A stretch of 37,049 bases of DNA. Origin: a virus (lineage: Duplodnaviria > Caudoviricetes). Under the pieces are notes generated by a model. That model worked only from the letters and a program-made list of their open reading frames with translations, was not told the origin of the DNA and made no database searches. Both the position numbers and the translations under genes were made by a program. How positions within the stretch are numbered: the first letter of the stretch is position 1; each line of letters opens with the position of its first letter. The DNA lies in IMG/VR virus record IMGVR_UViG_3300024262_000111, positions 1 to 37,049 of that record; one strand, given 5' to 3'. This document shows, one piece after another, positions 9,485 through 18,132 of the stretch.

Positions 9485-10183
9485 ATGGGAATAATTCTGC
9501 AAGAAATTCTTGATAACGTCATTTCGCAAACTGTGAAGCTAGCTCTTGAGTTATCAGGAAATAGAAGGAATCAAGCAGCTGAAGCTCTTGGGATATCCTA
9601 TAAACAATTAATGAGATACATCTTAAAATTCGATATCAAACAGTCAAAAACTTTTTCACTCGATGACATTCTTGAACACATTGAAAAGCACGCAATCGAA
9701 GTGGCACTTGTCGTGAGCAATGGCAACGTGGCGTTGGCGGGCAGAATGATTGGCATGAAGAGAACGACGCTTTTGATGAAGACTGAAAGATTTGGCATCA
9801 ACGTTGATGAGTTCAGAGATCTTGTTGGTGAGCAACAAGAAGTGAAGGTTGTGAAGCAAGGTAATTATCGAGTGAACACTGGCAACATCTTGAGGCATGA
9901 GGTGATGGCAAAGATTCTTGAGGTGTACAAAGAAAACAATCAAAACAAAACGCAGACGGCAAAGCAGTTAGGCATAGGTGTGAAGACAGTCTTGAAATAC
10001 ATTCGCATTGCTGAGGTCGAAGCCAGTGAATGGGGTTGGGGAAGAAAACCTGGCCCATATGATACATGCATTGAAAAAGATGAAGTCGATCCGGTTTTGG
10101 AAGAAGAGCAAATGAATCGAGATGCCAACAAAGCACTAGGAAGTTTGCTCACAATAAACGTCGGAAAGAAGGTGACGTTATGA
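9485..10183 (+). CDS. protein with three tandem Fis-type HTH domains
   Basis: ALELSGNRRNQAAEALGIS, ALVVSNGNVALAGRMIGMKRTTL and YKENNQNKTQTAKQLGIGVKTV. No AAA+ or receiver domain. Confidence 0.8.
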   Translation: MGIILQEILDNVISQTVKLALELSGNRRNQAAEALGISYKQLMRYILKFDIKQSKTFSLDDILEHIEKHAIEVALVVSNGNVALAGRMIGMKRTTLLMKTERFGINVDEFRDLVGEQQEVKVVKQGNYRVNTGNILRHEVMAKILEVYKENNQNKTQTAKQLGIGVKTVLKYIRIAEVEASEWGWGRKPGPYDTCIEKDEVDPVLEEEQMNRDANKALGSLLTINVGKKVTL

Positions 10184-10698
10184 TCAAAAGAAGGTTTTGT
10201 CAGAAGCACGACGATGAAACAATCATGACCACCTTGAAAGCCAATGTGTATCAAATCAAAAAGACGGCAAAGGCTTTGAAGGCTCATCCCGTCACGTTGT
10301 CGTGGAGACTAGAAGAGATGGATGCAAAAAGACTAGTGAAGAAACATTCGCTCAAGCCAAGCTCAATCATAAATAACGGTGGCTTTGAATCGGTGGTGAT
10401 TGAGAGTGTGAGGCAACACATCACAGACAAGTATCGTGAGTGCGGCAATTATCGAGCGGTGGCAAGAGATCTTGGCGTGTCTCCCAATTGCATCAAAGAA
10501 TGGGTTTTGGGCACGAGGTCTTTCTTTGGCTTCAGAAAAGACAGTGAGCTTTACCAAGTTTATTGCAAAGCTATTCGAGATGAAGTGCCGAAGCATAAAA
10601 ACCTGCATGGGTTGTTTTTGGCAACAGGCGTGTCTTCAGATACGTTGAGAAGAATATTAGGTGGCAATCCTTACCGCATGGACACAAAGGAAAAGTAA
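10180..10698 (+). CDS. multi-HTH protein (Fis-like, diverged)
   Basis: QIKKTAKALKAHPVTL, GNYRAVARDLGVSPNCI and LFLATGVSSDTLRRI. ATGA overlap with the upstream gene. Confidence 0.65.
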   Translation: MIKRRFCQKHDDETIMTTLKANVYQIKKTAKALKAHPVTLSWRLEEMDAKRLVKKHSLKPSSIINNGGFESVVIESVRQHITDKYRECGNYRAVARDLGVSPNCIKEWVLGTRSFFGFRKDSELYQVYCKAIRDEVPKHKNLHGLFLATGVSSDTLRRILGGNPYRMDTKEK

Positions 10699-11828
10699 TG
10701 TGGGTGTATCTCTCCAAGAACCAAAGCAAACATTGTACGCACTCGATCTCTTCTCAGGCATCGGCGGAAACTCACTCGGACTCAAGCAGTTCAAACACTT
10801 CAATATCAGAACCGTTGCCTATTGTGAGCAAGACGGACACGCTCAGTCTGTGCTCCTATCACGGATGCAAACAGGAGATCTTGAATGCGCACCTATTTGG
10901 GATGACATCACGACGCTCAAAAAAGAGCATTTCGATCTCCGAATCGATCTCATTATTGCGGGGTTTAACTGCCAAGACATCTCCGTTGCTGGAAAAAGAG
11001 AAGGGATCAAAGAGCACACCAGATCCGGACTTTTCTTCCAAGTTGTGCGTCTTGCAAATGAATTGCAACCAAAGTTTATTTTCCTTGAAAATGTTGCAGC
11101 AATCACAACCTGTGGACTTGATATCGTATGCAGAGAAATATCCGAAAGCGGGTATGATTTTGCGTGGACAACTTTATCCGCTTGTGATGTTGGTGCAAAA
11201 CATAGAAGAGCAAGATGGTTTGGTTTCGCCGTTAGGAGATAGAAGGCAAGTTCCGACTCCAAATACGCTAGACGGCAATCCGCCAAGATCCCTAGAAGGT
11301 ATCAGGAAACTATTTGCAGGGGCGAGAAAAGGAAGGACGGCACCTAATAATCTTAGAGAATGGGTTCACGCCGAGATGTGGCCGACACCACTTTCGAGAG
11401 ACTACAAAGGAGCGGCTAATATTGAAAAACAATTTGAAAAAGGAAGAAATCCTTTAACCAATAATTTGCCTGATGCGGTTGCGTGTGTTGAAGGATCGAA
11501 TCAATGCTTGAACCCAAATTGGGTTGAATGGATTATGGGTTTTCCTCAGTATTGGACTGTTTCAGATAACAATATTTTAAGAGAATTAAATCCAAAGAAG
11601 AAAAAAATTGGAAAGGTTTATTGGGAAAAGAATCTTAATTCAAAATTGAGTTCAGAGATGTGGAAAAAAGATCCTTCGGAAGAAAATCTAATTCCAAGGA
11701 CAACTTCAGAGAGTGCTCAAAGGACTGACAGGATCAAGAGGCTTGGCAATGCAGTGGTGCCCTTACAAGCACACGTTGCGTTTGCGTTGTTGCTTGGATT
11801 TGTGTTGGCCGAAGACACGATTTTTTGA
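10698..11828 (+). CDS. C5 DNA methyltransferase beta part (TRD, motifs IX-X) in an overlapping frame; true start uncertain
   Basis: PTP..D repeats (VPTPNTLDG, WPTPLSRDYKG), LNPNWVEWIMGFPQYWT and RIKRLGNAVVP. The start may instead be near 11058 or 11154. Confidence 0.8.
   Translation: MWVYLSKNQSKHCTHSISSQASAETHSDSSSSNTSISEPLPIVSKTDTLSLCSYHGCKQEILNAHLFGMTSRRSKKSISISESISLLRGLTAKTSPLLEKEKGSKSTPDPDFSSKLCVLQMNCNQSLFSLKMLQQSQPVDLISYAEKYPKAGMILRGQLYPLVMLVQNIEEQDGLVSPLGDRRQVPTPNTLDGNPPRSLEGIRKLFAGARKGRTAPNNLREWVHAEMWPTPLSRDYKGAANIEKQFEKGRNPLTNNLPDAVACVEGSNQCLNPNWVEWIMGFPQYWTVSDNNILRELNPKKKKIGKVYWEKNLNSKLSSEMWKKDPSEENLIPRTTSESAQRTDRIKRLGNAVVPLQAHVAFALLLGFVLAEDTIF
10700..11242 (+). CDS. C5 cytosine DNA methyltransferase, catalytic (alpha) part, motifs I-VIII
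   Basis: LDLFSGIGG (I), AGFNCQDIS (IV, Asn in place of Pro), FLENV (VI), HRRARWF (VIII). GTG start at 10700 is inferred. Confidence 0.85.
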   Translation: MGVSLQEPKQTLYALDLFSGIGGNSLGLKQFKHFNIRTVAYCEQDGHAQSVLLSRMQTGDLECAPIWDDITTLKKEHFDLRIDLIIAGFNCQDISVAGKREGIKEHTRSGLFFQVVRLANELQPKFIFLENVAAITTCGLDIVCREISESGYDFAWTTLSACDVGAKHRRARWFGFAVRR

Positions 11829-11840
11829 AAGGAAAGACTA

Positions 11841-12032
11841 ATGTTCATCGTAGATCTTGTTTGCAAAGACTGTGGTTTTAGGATGGAGAACGTGGCTTAC
11901 GATCACAGAAGCGACTTCAAAGGTTTTGAAGTCTGTGATAACTGCGAAGGGGTGATGTTGCGCTCCTGGTCTTACAAGCCATCGAAGGCAATCTGGAAAG
12001 CCGAATGCCCGACGGCAAGCGGTGGGAAATGA
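11841..12032 (+). CDS. FmdB-like Zn-ribbon protein
   Basis: CKDCG...CDNCEG; AAGGA SD. Confidence 0.6.
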   Translation: MFIVDLVCKDCGFRMENVAYDHRSDFKGFEVCDNCEGVMLRSWSYKPSKAIWKAECPTASGGK

Positions 12033-12196
12033 CGGAAGACCTGAAAGCAGAGATTGAAAGATTGAAGAGAGCTTTGAATGTTTTATATTTCGGAGTTGAT
12101 AAACAACTACAAAGATTAGCTGAGAATGAATATTCAAATTGCGCTTCAACACAAAGAGATGAGCAATTTGAATTGAGAAAAGTTTTAGATAAGTAA
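12029..12196 (+). CDS. small hypothetical protein
   Basis: ATGA overlap with the upstream gene; coiled-coil-like. Confidence 0.5.
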   Translation: MTEDLKAEIERLKRALNVLYFGVDKQLQRLAENEYSNCASTQRDEQFELRKVLDK

Positions 12197-12212
12197 AGAT
12201 TAAGGAGATTCA

Positions 12213-13352
12213 ATGAGATCATTAGCAACAATTCAGACCGTGAAATCGTTAGAACCAATCAAGGGTAAGGATCGTATTCTTTACGCTTCATTCAAGTCCA
12301 CAAATTATCGGGTGATAGTAGCATCTACTACCCAAGTGGGAGATAGAGTTGTTTACTTTGAATGCGATAGTTTATTGCCAGTCAAACCTGAATTCGAGTT
12401 CTTGCGAGCTAGGTGTTATTCAGAGAAAAAAGGTGGGTTTAGAATCCGCAATATGAAGATGGGCGGTCTATATTCTGAGGGGTTATCAATACCAGTTGAG
12501 ACGTTTCCGAACTTAGCATCCAAAGCAGACGGTACCGACGTTACCGAGTTGCTAGGTGTTCAGCATGTTGATGAAGTTGAGGTAGGCGGAAAGACTAAGC
12601 AGAAGACTCTTAAGCAACGAATTCGTAGTGTAATGAACAGGTACAAAGCGTTGCGGTTCTTACTAATCATCATAGACTTTTTCGTAAAAGATAGATTCAA
12701 TTCATCTTGGCCAAGTTGGGCTAGCAAAACTGATGAGACAAGAGCGCAGTCACTAACGTACATCTTTGATAATTACCAAGAGCAACACTGGTACATGACT
12801 GAAAAAATGGACGGAAGCTCTATGACAGTTGCCATCCGAAAAGGGAAAGTGACTGTGTGCAGTCGCAATCAAGTGCGCAAGAAACCCAAGAAACTTAGTG
12901 ATTGCAACTTCTGGAAGTTCGTTGTTGAGAACGATATTGAACGCAAGATGAAAGAATTGAGAAAAGAATTAGGGTGTGACTTCTACTTGCAAGGTGAATT
13001 GTGTGGTGGGAAGATTCAAGGCAATGCCTATAAGTTCGATACACTGCGATGGTTTGTATTCAACTTATACAATCTCGATAAGAAAGAGTACATGGATTTT
13101 CAAGCCATAAAGTTTGCATGTAAGTATATCGCAATTGAGACTGTTCCATTCTTGTCAGAGTTCCAATGGACGTTCAAGAATATGGATGAACTATTGAAAG
13201 CGGCTGATGGATATTCGGTGTTTGGTGATAAGGTTTTGAGAGAAGGTATTGTTCTAAGACCAGTAGATCCGGCTCCACCGGACAGAGGCCAAAGCAATAT
13301 GAGATCTCTAAAAGTTATCTCTCCATCTTTTGAATTGAGCAAGAAGGATTAG
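12213..13352 (+). CDS. ATP-dependent RNA ligase (DRB0094/Rnl2-like)
   Basis: N-terminal RSLATIQ..LEPI..DRI and VVYFECDS; motifs TEKMDGSS, LQGELCG..IQGN, FVFN, REGIVLR, LKVIS. Confidence 0.9.
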   Translation: MRSLATIQTVKSLEPIKGKDRILYASFKSTNYRVIVASTTQVGDRVVYFECDSLLPVKPEFEFLRARCYSEKKGGFRIRNMKMGGLYSEGLSIPVETFPNLASKADGTDVTELLGVQHVDEVEVGGKTKQKTLKQRIRSVMNRYKALRFLLIIIDFFVKDRFNSSWPSWASKTDETRAQSLTYIFDNYQEQHWYMTEKMDGSSMTVAIRKGKVTVCSRNQVRKKPKKLSDCNFWKFVVENDIERKMKELRKELGCDFYLQGELCGGKIQGNAYKFDTLRWFVFNLYNLDKKEYMDFQAIKFACKYIAIETVPFLSEFQWTFKNMDELLKAADGYSVFGDKVLREGIVLRPVDPAPPDRGQSNMRSLKVISPSFELSKKD

Positions 13353-13354
13353 AT

Positions 13355-13558
13355 ATGAGTTTCGGTTTTGCAATGCGGGAGAAGAAAAAAGAAGATAGAT
13401 ATTTCACAGTTCACAAGAACGAAATTTGTTTTTTTTCTGACCGGAACAATTACAAAATCATTCCCTGTATTGGAGTTGGACTTGAAGACTATTTTATTGT
13501 TGAGCGGTTGGGAAGGTATGTACCAGAAGATCGTCTATCGGCGACTTTGGTCCGATAG
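13355..13558 (+). CDS. small hypothetical protein
   Basis: 67-aa ORF adjacent to the ligase. Confidence 0.45.
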   Translation: MSFGFAMREKKKEDRYFTVHKNEICFFSDRNNYKIIPCIGVGLEDYFIVERLGRYVPEDRLSATLVR

Positions 13559-13655
13559 TAGTTTGCCACGGTGTCCGAACAAGACTTCGGTGCTATGATT
13601 AAATTTGCAAAGATTAAGATTTCAGTGCAATCCATCTGCACAACAGGAGTGTTCA

Positions 13656-15725
13656 ATGACAAGACAGATTCTTGAAGACGCATTCAACATCAGGTTTCAG
13701 CTCACCGAAGGTTCGGACAAGGGCAAACTCATCGCTCGTGGGCAATTCGCAAAAGCAGATATCCCAACTGCCAATCGAAGAATTTATCCAGGCAATCTTT
13801 GGAAAAGAGAAATTAACAAAATCCGAGATTCACTAAAGAATAGAAGGGTTTATGGAGAGTGCGATCATCCTAGCGATGGAAAAACAAAGCTCCAACGGGT
13901 GTCGCATTTGCTCACCAATCTTCAGATGGAAGACGATGGCACAATCACGGGTGAGCTTGAAGTCATCGAGGGAACCAAGTGGGGAGACACGCTTGCGGCG
14001 ATCATCAGAGCTGGTGGTGAGATTGGAGTTTCTTCACGAGGTCTTGGTTCAGTGAAACAAAATAGCGAGGGATATGACGTTGTGCAAGAAGACTTTTCTT
14101 TCATGACTTTCGATTGTGTTGCCGATCCAGCGGTGAGCAATTCCTATCCAAAATTTCAATACGAATCTTCAACTCCACCACCAGGGGAGCAAATCAAAGA
14201 AGACAAGCTTCCAAGTACATGCAAAATTTTCAAGAACGATGATAAGTTTTTGCTTTGTGTGAATCATAGATACCAGGGCACATATCTCAATGAATCTGAC
14301 GCAAAGAAAGCTGCACAAACTCTTCTTGAAGATGACTCGAAGACTCAAGAAATTTATGGCAAGCGAGCAAAGACACTTGCAGATATGCAAAAACAAGCTG
14401 ATGATTTGCAGACAACAAAGCCAGAAGACTCTCAAAAAATCAAACAAAATGCCCAAGCACTCGGCAAGGATTGGGGAATTGATCCGACAAAGATTCAAGA
14501 AGATGAGCCAGAGATTCCGCAAGAGCCTCAAGCTTCACAGGATCAACCGGAAGCTTCACAACCTGAAACACCAGAAGCTCAAGAGCCGACTGAGAGGCAA
14601 CCGATCAAAGCTGATGTGTACATCTTGCCAGACAAACAAGAGATCTCGGATGTCGAAAAGCTCCTGACCAGATCCGGCTTTGATATCTCTGATGTGCAAG
14701 AGAAGAATCAGGGTGTGGCGTTCTATTACGATCCAATCTCTGAAACAGAGAAGTATGAAGAAGCAAAGCTTCAAATTATTTCAATGGACCTCTTGCCAGT
14801 TGTGTCTCCTGATATGACGTATGTGACAAAGAAGTCAGGTCAGAAGATGTCAGTGAATCTTGATAACGCAAAGATAGATGACACTCAGCCACAACAAGCG
14901 ACAGAATCTCTCAGACAAGAAGCGTATGCTTACGCCGTGGAAGCTGTGGAGCCAATCATCAGAGAGAAGTTGATCTTAGAGTTTGAAGAAGCGTATCAAT
15001 CAAAAGCTTCAGAGATAATCTCGGAGAACATTGAGCTTCAAGAACAAGTTTCAACCTTAGGCAAAGTCGCAAAAGAGCTTGGGTTCAATCTCTTCTTGGA
15101 AAGAAACTTGAAGACTCATCCCGACTTCAATCAGATCAGATCGAAGCTTGGCAATTATTCGAGACTCGAATCACTTCAAGATTTGAAAGACACTGTGAGT
15201 TTCAAGCTTGAAGAAGCGAAGGATTTCGAGAAGACCAGTCGTTTGCAACACAGACAAAAGGTGGCGATGCTCGAAACAAAGATCATGAAGCTCGAAGACC
15301 AAAACAAACAGCTTCAAGAAGAGAATCAAAAAGCGATTGAGCAATCAAAGAAGCTTCAAGAGGATGTGGTTCACATGAGCCAGAGCCTTAGCCTCACGGA
15401 GTCGAAGTTGTTCTTGGAGCAATCACTCGTAGGGCATCCAAGAGCACATGAGATCCGGAGCATCGTGGAAGCAACGGGCAACAACTTCATCGAAAAATCG
15501 AGTCTCAAAAAGCTAGTGGAGTCGTACAGGCCAATCATTCAGACACAAGAGAAGTCTCTCTTTGAATCCGTGCAAGCAGCAATGAAGCGCAAGCTCCCAG
15601 AGAACTTGGTTGAATCAGCTCTTGCGAACACTCGTTTGAGCGACGCAGAGCCAACCGAAGGATACGAAAGCACACATGGTCTCAAGGGTGGGGAATACGA
15701 GAAGCTTTCTGGCTTGCGGTCTTGA
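13656..15725 (+). CDS. T4 gp21-like prohead protease fused to a scaffold-like coiled coil
   Basis: NRRIYP, GECDHP (His), GVSSRGLGS (Ser), FDCVADP (Asp). AGGAG SD before ATG13656. Long E/Q/K-rich helical C-terminus. Confidence 0.9.
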   Translation: MTRQILEDAFNIRFQLTEGSDKGKLIARGQFAKADIPTANRRIYPGNLWKREINKIRDSLKNRRVYGECDHPSDGKTKLQRVSHLLTNLQMEDDGTITGELEVIEGTKWGDTLAAIIRAGGEIGVSSRGLGSVKQNSEGYDVVQEDFSFMTFDCVADPAVSNSYPKFQYESSTPPPGEQIKEDKLPSTCKIFKNDDKFLLCVNHRYQGTYLNESDAKKAAQTLLEDDSKTQEIYGKRAKTLADMQKQADDLQTTKPEDSQKIKQNAQALGKDWGIDPTKIQEDEPEIPQEPQASQDQPEASQPETPEAQEPTERQPIKADVYILPDKQEISDVEKLLTRSGFDISDVQEKNQGVAFYYDPISETEKYEEAKLQIISMDLLPVVSPDMTYVTKKSGQKMSVNLDNAKIDDTQPQQATESLRQEAYAYAVEAVEPIIREKLILEFEEAYQSKASEIISENIELQEQVSTLGKVAKELGFNLFLERNLKTHPDFNQIRSKLGNYSRLESLQDLKDTVSFKLEEAKDFEKTSRLQHRQKVAMLETKIMKLEDQNKQLQEENQKAIEQSKKLQEDVVHMSQSLSLTESKLFLEQSLVGHPRAHEIRSIVEATGNNFIEKSSLKKLVESYRPIIQTQEKSLFESVQAAMKRKLPENLVESALANTRLSDAEPTEGYESTHGLKGGEYEKLSGLRS

Positions 15726-15729
15726 GTAG

Positions 15730-15744
15730 CCGAGGATTCCTCGG
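15730..15744 (+). terminator. GC hairpin after the protease gene (no clear U tract)
   Basis: CCGAGG-ATT-CCTCGG. Confidence 0.35.
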
Positions 15745-15753
15745 TGACTGAAA

Positions 15754-15848
15754 TATTCAAACATGAAAGCATCTGACTTCTATACATTATGTTTAAACAT
15801 GAAAGTATCCGACTTCTATACACTATGTTTAAACATGAAAACATCCGA
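15754..15848. repeat. 36-bp tandem repeat, about 2.6 copies, with palindromic core
   Basis: AAACATGAAA starts at 15759, 15795 and 15831. Copies 2 and 3 contain the perfect palindrome ATGTTTAAACAT. Confidence 0.9.
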
Positions 15849-15956
15849 TCGCTTGATTTGACTTGGTAATGAATAGTTGACAACCTCAGTTGTACCTGTT
15901 AGTTTCGTCAAACCGGCGCGACGGATTTATGTGGTATGTAAAAAAAGGATTGAACG

Positions 15957-16256
15957 ATGTTAATTTTAGATAAAAAAATGTTTGATCAAGTCAAAACTTT
16001 TAGACAATTTCAAATGATTGCAGATTTTGTGAATACCTCGAGTGGGAGAGTGCAAAAGCCATTGCTGTTTGCCGCTGAGTGTAGTGAGTGTGAGCAACCG
16101 TTTTTCATGCTTCCACAGGACTACAGTAAAGCGCAAGTGCATTCCTTGGATACGGTTTGCCCACTTGCGGAGTGTAGAAACAAACGACGACGGAAGCAAA
16201 GAACCAAGGTGAAGTCTTCTAGTCTAATTCTGCAAGGTGAAAATCATGGAAATTGA
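15957..16256 (+). CDS. Zn-finger protein
   Basis: CSEC...CPLAEC followed by a basic tail; AAGGA SD. Confidence 0.6.
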   Translation: MLILDKKMFDQVKTFRQFQMIADFVNTSSGRVQKPLLFAAECSECEQPFFMLPQDYSKAQVHSLDTVCPLAECRNKRRRKQRTKVKSSSLILQGENHGN

Positions 16257-16713
16257 ATGTGATGAGGATGATATCGTCTTTGTATTACCAAAACTGATTC
16301 GTAAAAATGGTTATAATTATATGTCTGCACGTTTGAGCGGTCGTTGTCCTCCCGTATTAGATAAATCGCTAAAAATCCTAAAGGAGAACGGAAAAACCCC
16401 TGATGATGTTATTTTCGTTTATGGAAAAGAAAGAGGTAATATTTTTAGCCAGTGTACTTGGGATGAATTTGTTACCCAAGCAAAAGAGATTGAGAGTAAA
16501 TCGAGTGTTGGCGATCTTAAAACCAGTATCACATTTGTAATGAATGGAAAGGATTTTGGTAGGGCGGTTTATAACTTTCAGTCGGAATTTGCCGATCAAC
16601 ACAGGTGCGAGGAGTTGTGCAAAATGACTGGCCAAGAAGTTTACAATAATGTGGAACAGTTGATTAAGAATCATTTCCATAAAATTCACTCATTTGTGCA
16701 ACTAAGATATTGA
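16246..16713 (+). CDS. mosaic hypothetical protein
   Basis: LKILKENGKTPDDVIFV segment plus a C-terminal domain paralogous to 764-1447. Confidence 0.6.
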   Translation: MEIECDEDDIVFVLPKLIRKNGYNYMSARLSGRCPPVLDKSLKILKENGKTPDDVIFVYGKERGNIFSQCTWDEFVTQAKEIESKSSVGDLKTSITFVMNGKDFGRAVYNFQSEFADQHRCEELCKMTGQEVYNNVEQLIKNHFHKIHSFVQLRY

Positions 16714-16725
16714 AAGAATTTATCC

Positions 16726-16938
16726 ATGAAAAATAAAAAGATGGAAATGGCCACACGACAAGTTTTTGAGTATCTCGGAGCAAATCGTTTTCAGCAGTGC
16801 TACGAAGGTGTGGCTACTGCCGTGTGGGGGAAACCTTCTGCGGCACGAGCCGTTGGCAGTTGTATGAACGCTTTAGGCAAGCGAGGATTTGATGAGTTGT
16901 GTCGGCTTGTGGTGAAGAAGGAGCATTTCAATGAATGA
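16726..16938 (+). CDS. MGMT/Ogt-like DNA-binding domain protein
   Basis: YEGVA.AV.GKPSAARAVG matches the ATase HTH. The PCHR active-site motif is diverged (LCRLVV). Confidence 0.55.
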   Translation: MKNKKMEMATRQVFEYLGANRFQQCYEGVATAVWGKPSAARAVGSCMNALGKRGFDELCRLVVKKEHFNE

Positions 16939-17359
16939 TAATTTTTTCAGAATTGTTAGTGGATTATGTGCAAAACAATATCCTCAGCCAATTGTTAGTG
17001 GATTATGTGCAAAACAATATCCTCAGCCAAACGCTGAGTATAAATCTACTAAACATATCGAAGGTGATGAATTAGTTTTTGTTATGCATGGTAAAATTCA
17101 AACGGAAATCAGAATTAGCGGCTCTCATTTGAAGTTGCTAATCGATCAAATAATTAACGATCCAATTTGTTATGAGCGTTTAATGCTTAGGATGAAATAT
17201 TTTATTGATAATCCATCATCAGTCACCACTACTGTTGGATATGCGTCTGACAATCATGAGTGTAATTTATTGTGTACCTGTGTTCATCATACATATCGAC
17301 TTTTAACAAAGTGGAGTCCTTCCTCAATAAGTTCTACTTTTATACCATCAAATATTTGA
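16931..17359 (+). CDS. hypothetical protein with duplicated 13-aa N-terminal segment
   Basis: IVSGLCAKQYPQP occurs twice. Confidence 0.5.
   Translation: MNDNFFRIVSGLCAKQYPQPIVSGLCAKQYPQPNAEYKSTKHIEGDELVFVMHGKIQTEIRISGSHLKLLIDQIINDPICYERLMLRMKYFIDNPSSVTTTVGYASDNHECNLLCTCVHHTYRLLTKWSPSSISSTFIPSNI
16951..17028. repeat. perfect 39-bp tandem duplication
   Basis: AATTGTTAGTGGATTATGTGCAAAACAATATCCTCAGCC at 16951 and 16990. Confidence 0.95.
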
Positions 17360-17450
17360 TGAAAAATCAGGATACCGACTTCTTATCAACATCACTTTCA
17401 ATTACTGAAGTTTTCAGATATATTATCTTCATTGCGATATGGAGATTTAA

Positions 17451-17597
17451 ATGCTAAAGCCATGCGATAAAGATAATGTATCTCTTTATGATCGACAGAA
17501 ATATCCGTTAGAAATTAAGATAAAAATCACTGAAGCCAGAATTCGAGAGTGGTACACACATTACAATGGGCAAGTAGATCCGTTATCTAAAATATAA
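17451..17597 (+). pseudogene. truncated PAPS-reductase-family (PP-loop) gene
   Basis: GGAG SD, then MLKPCDKDNVSLYDRQKYPLEIKIKITEARIREWYTHYNGQVDPLSKI*. This resembles the N-terminus of phage PAPS-reductase-like proteins but stops where YVSFSGGKDS is expected. Confidence 0.6.
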
Positions 17598-17767
17598 AAA
17601 ACAATCTAAATTCAAATAAAGACAAAGATATTCTTTTCAGACAATAACTTGTTCACTTACTTACTGGACAAATTATTGTCCATTGATCCTATAATAAGGA
17701 TTCTTCTTATTATAGGTTGAGTCTGATCCGTCGTACTCAAACCACATAGCGTCCGATAGAGCGCCTT

Positions 17768-17796
17768 TTGTCGGACTCAAATAGCAATGCTACAAT
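17768..17796 (+). promoter_or_regulatory. sigma70-type promoter with extended -10
   Basis: TTGTCG-17bp-(TGC)TACAAT. Confidence 0.6.
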
Positions 17797-17877
17797 AAAA
17801 TATACTCAAAAAGATCTTGAACATGAAAACACTTTTTGATATTTACTTATACAGTTTGTAAAGAAAAGGACTCAACT

Positions 17878-18132
17878 ATGAGCGATATCATCCGACAAAG
17901 AATTGAATGCATGGCCAAGCATCCTCTCGTGCAACACCGAAAGAACAGATTTCAATCTGAAGTGCAGAAGTATTTGCGCCAGGGATTCAAAGTCAAAGTG
18001 AATCAAGTCGGCTGGGTTATCATTTCAGAAAAGAAAGAGGTCATCCAAGAAGGCTTGTGGACAACACTCGATGAGCAATTCTGTTTTCTTGAAGACGTTT
18101 CAATGCTACCAACACATCAAATTCTTTGTTGA
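17878..18132 (+). CDS. hypothetical protein
   Basis: AAGGA SD before ATG17878; 84 aa. Confidence 0.55.
   Translation: MSDIIRQRIECMAKHPLVQHRKNRFQSEVQKYLRQGFKVKVNQVGWVIISEKKEVIQEGLWTTLDEQFCFLEDVSMLPTHQILC

Noticed and set aside
13656-13700. Track start at 13605 for the protease
   Set aside because: ATG13656 has an AGGAG SD and fits a gp21-like N-terminus; the upstream TTG lacks an SD.
15754-15848. CRISPR mini-array (36-bp repeats)
   Set aside because: Units are directly adjacent with no unique spacers, and there are no cas genes in the window.
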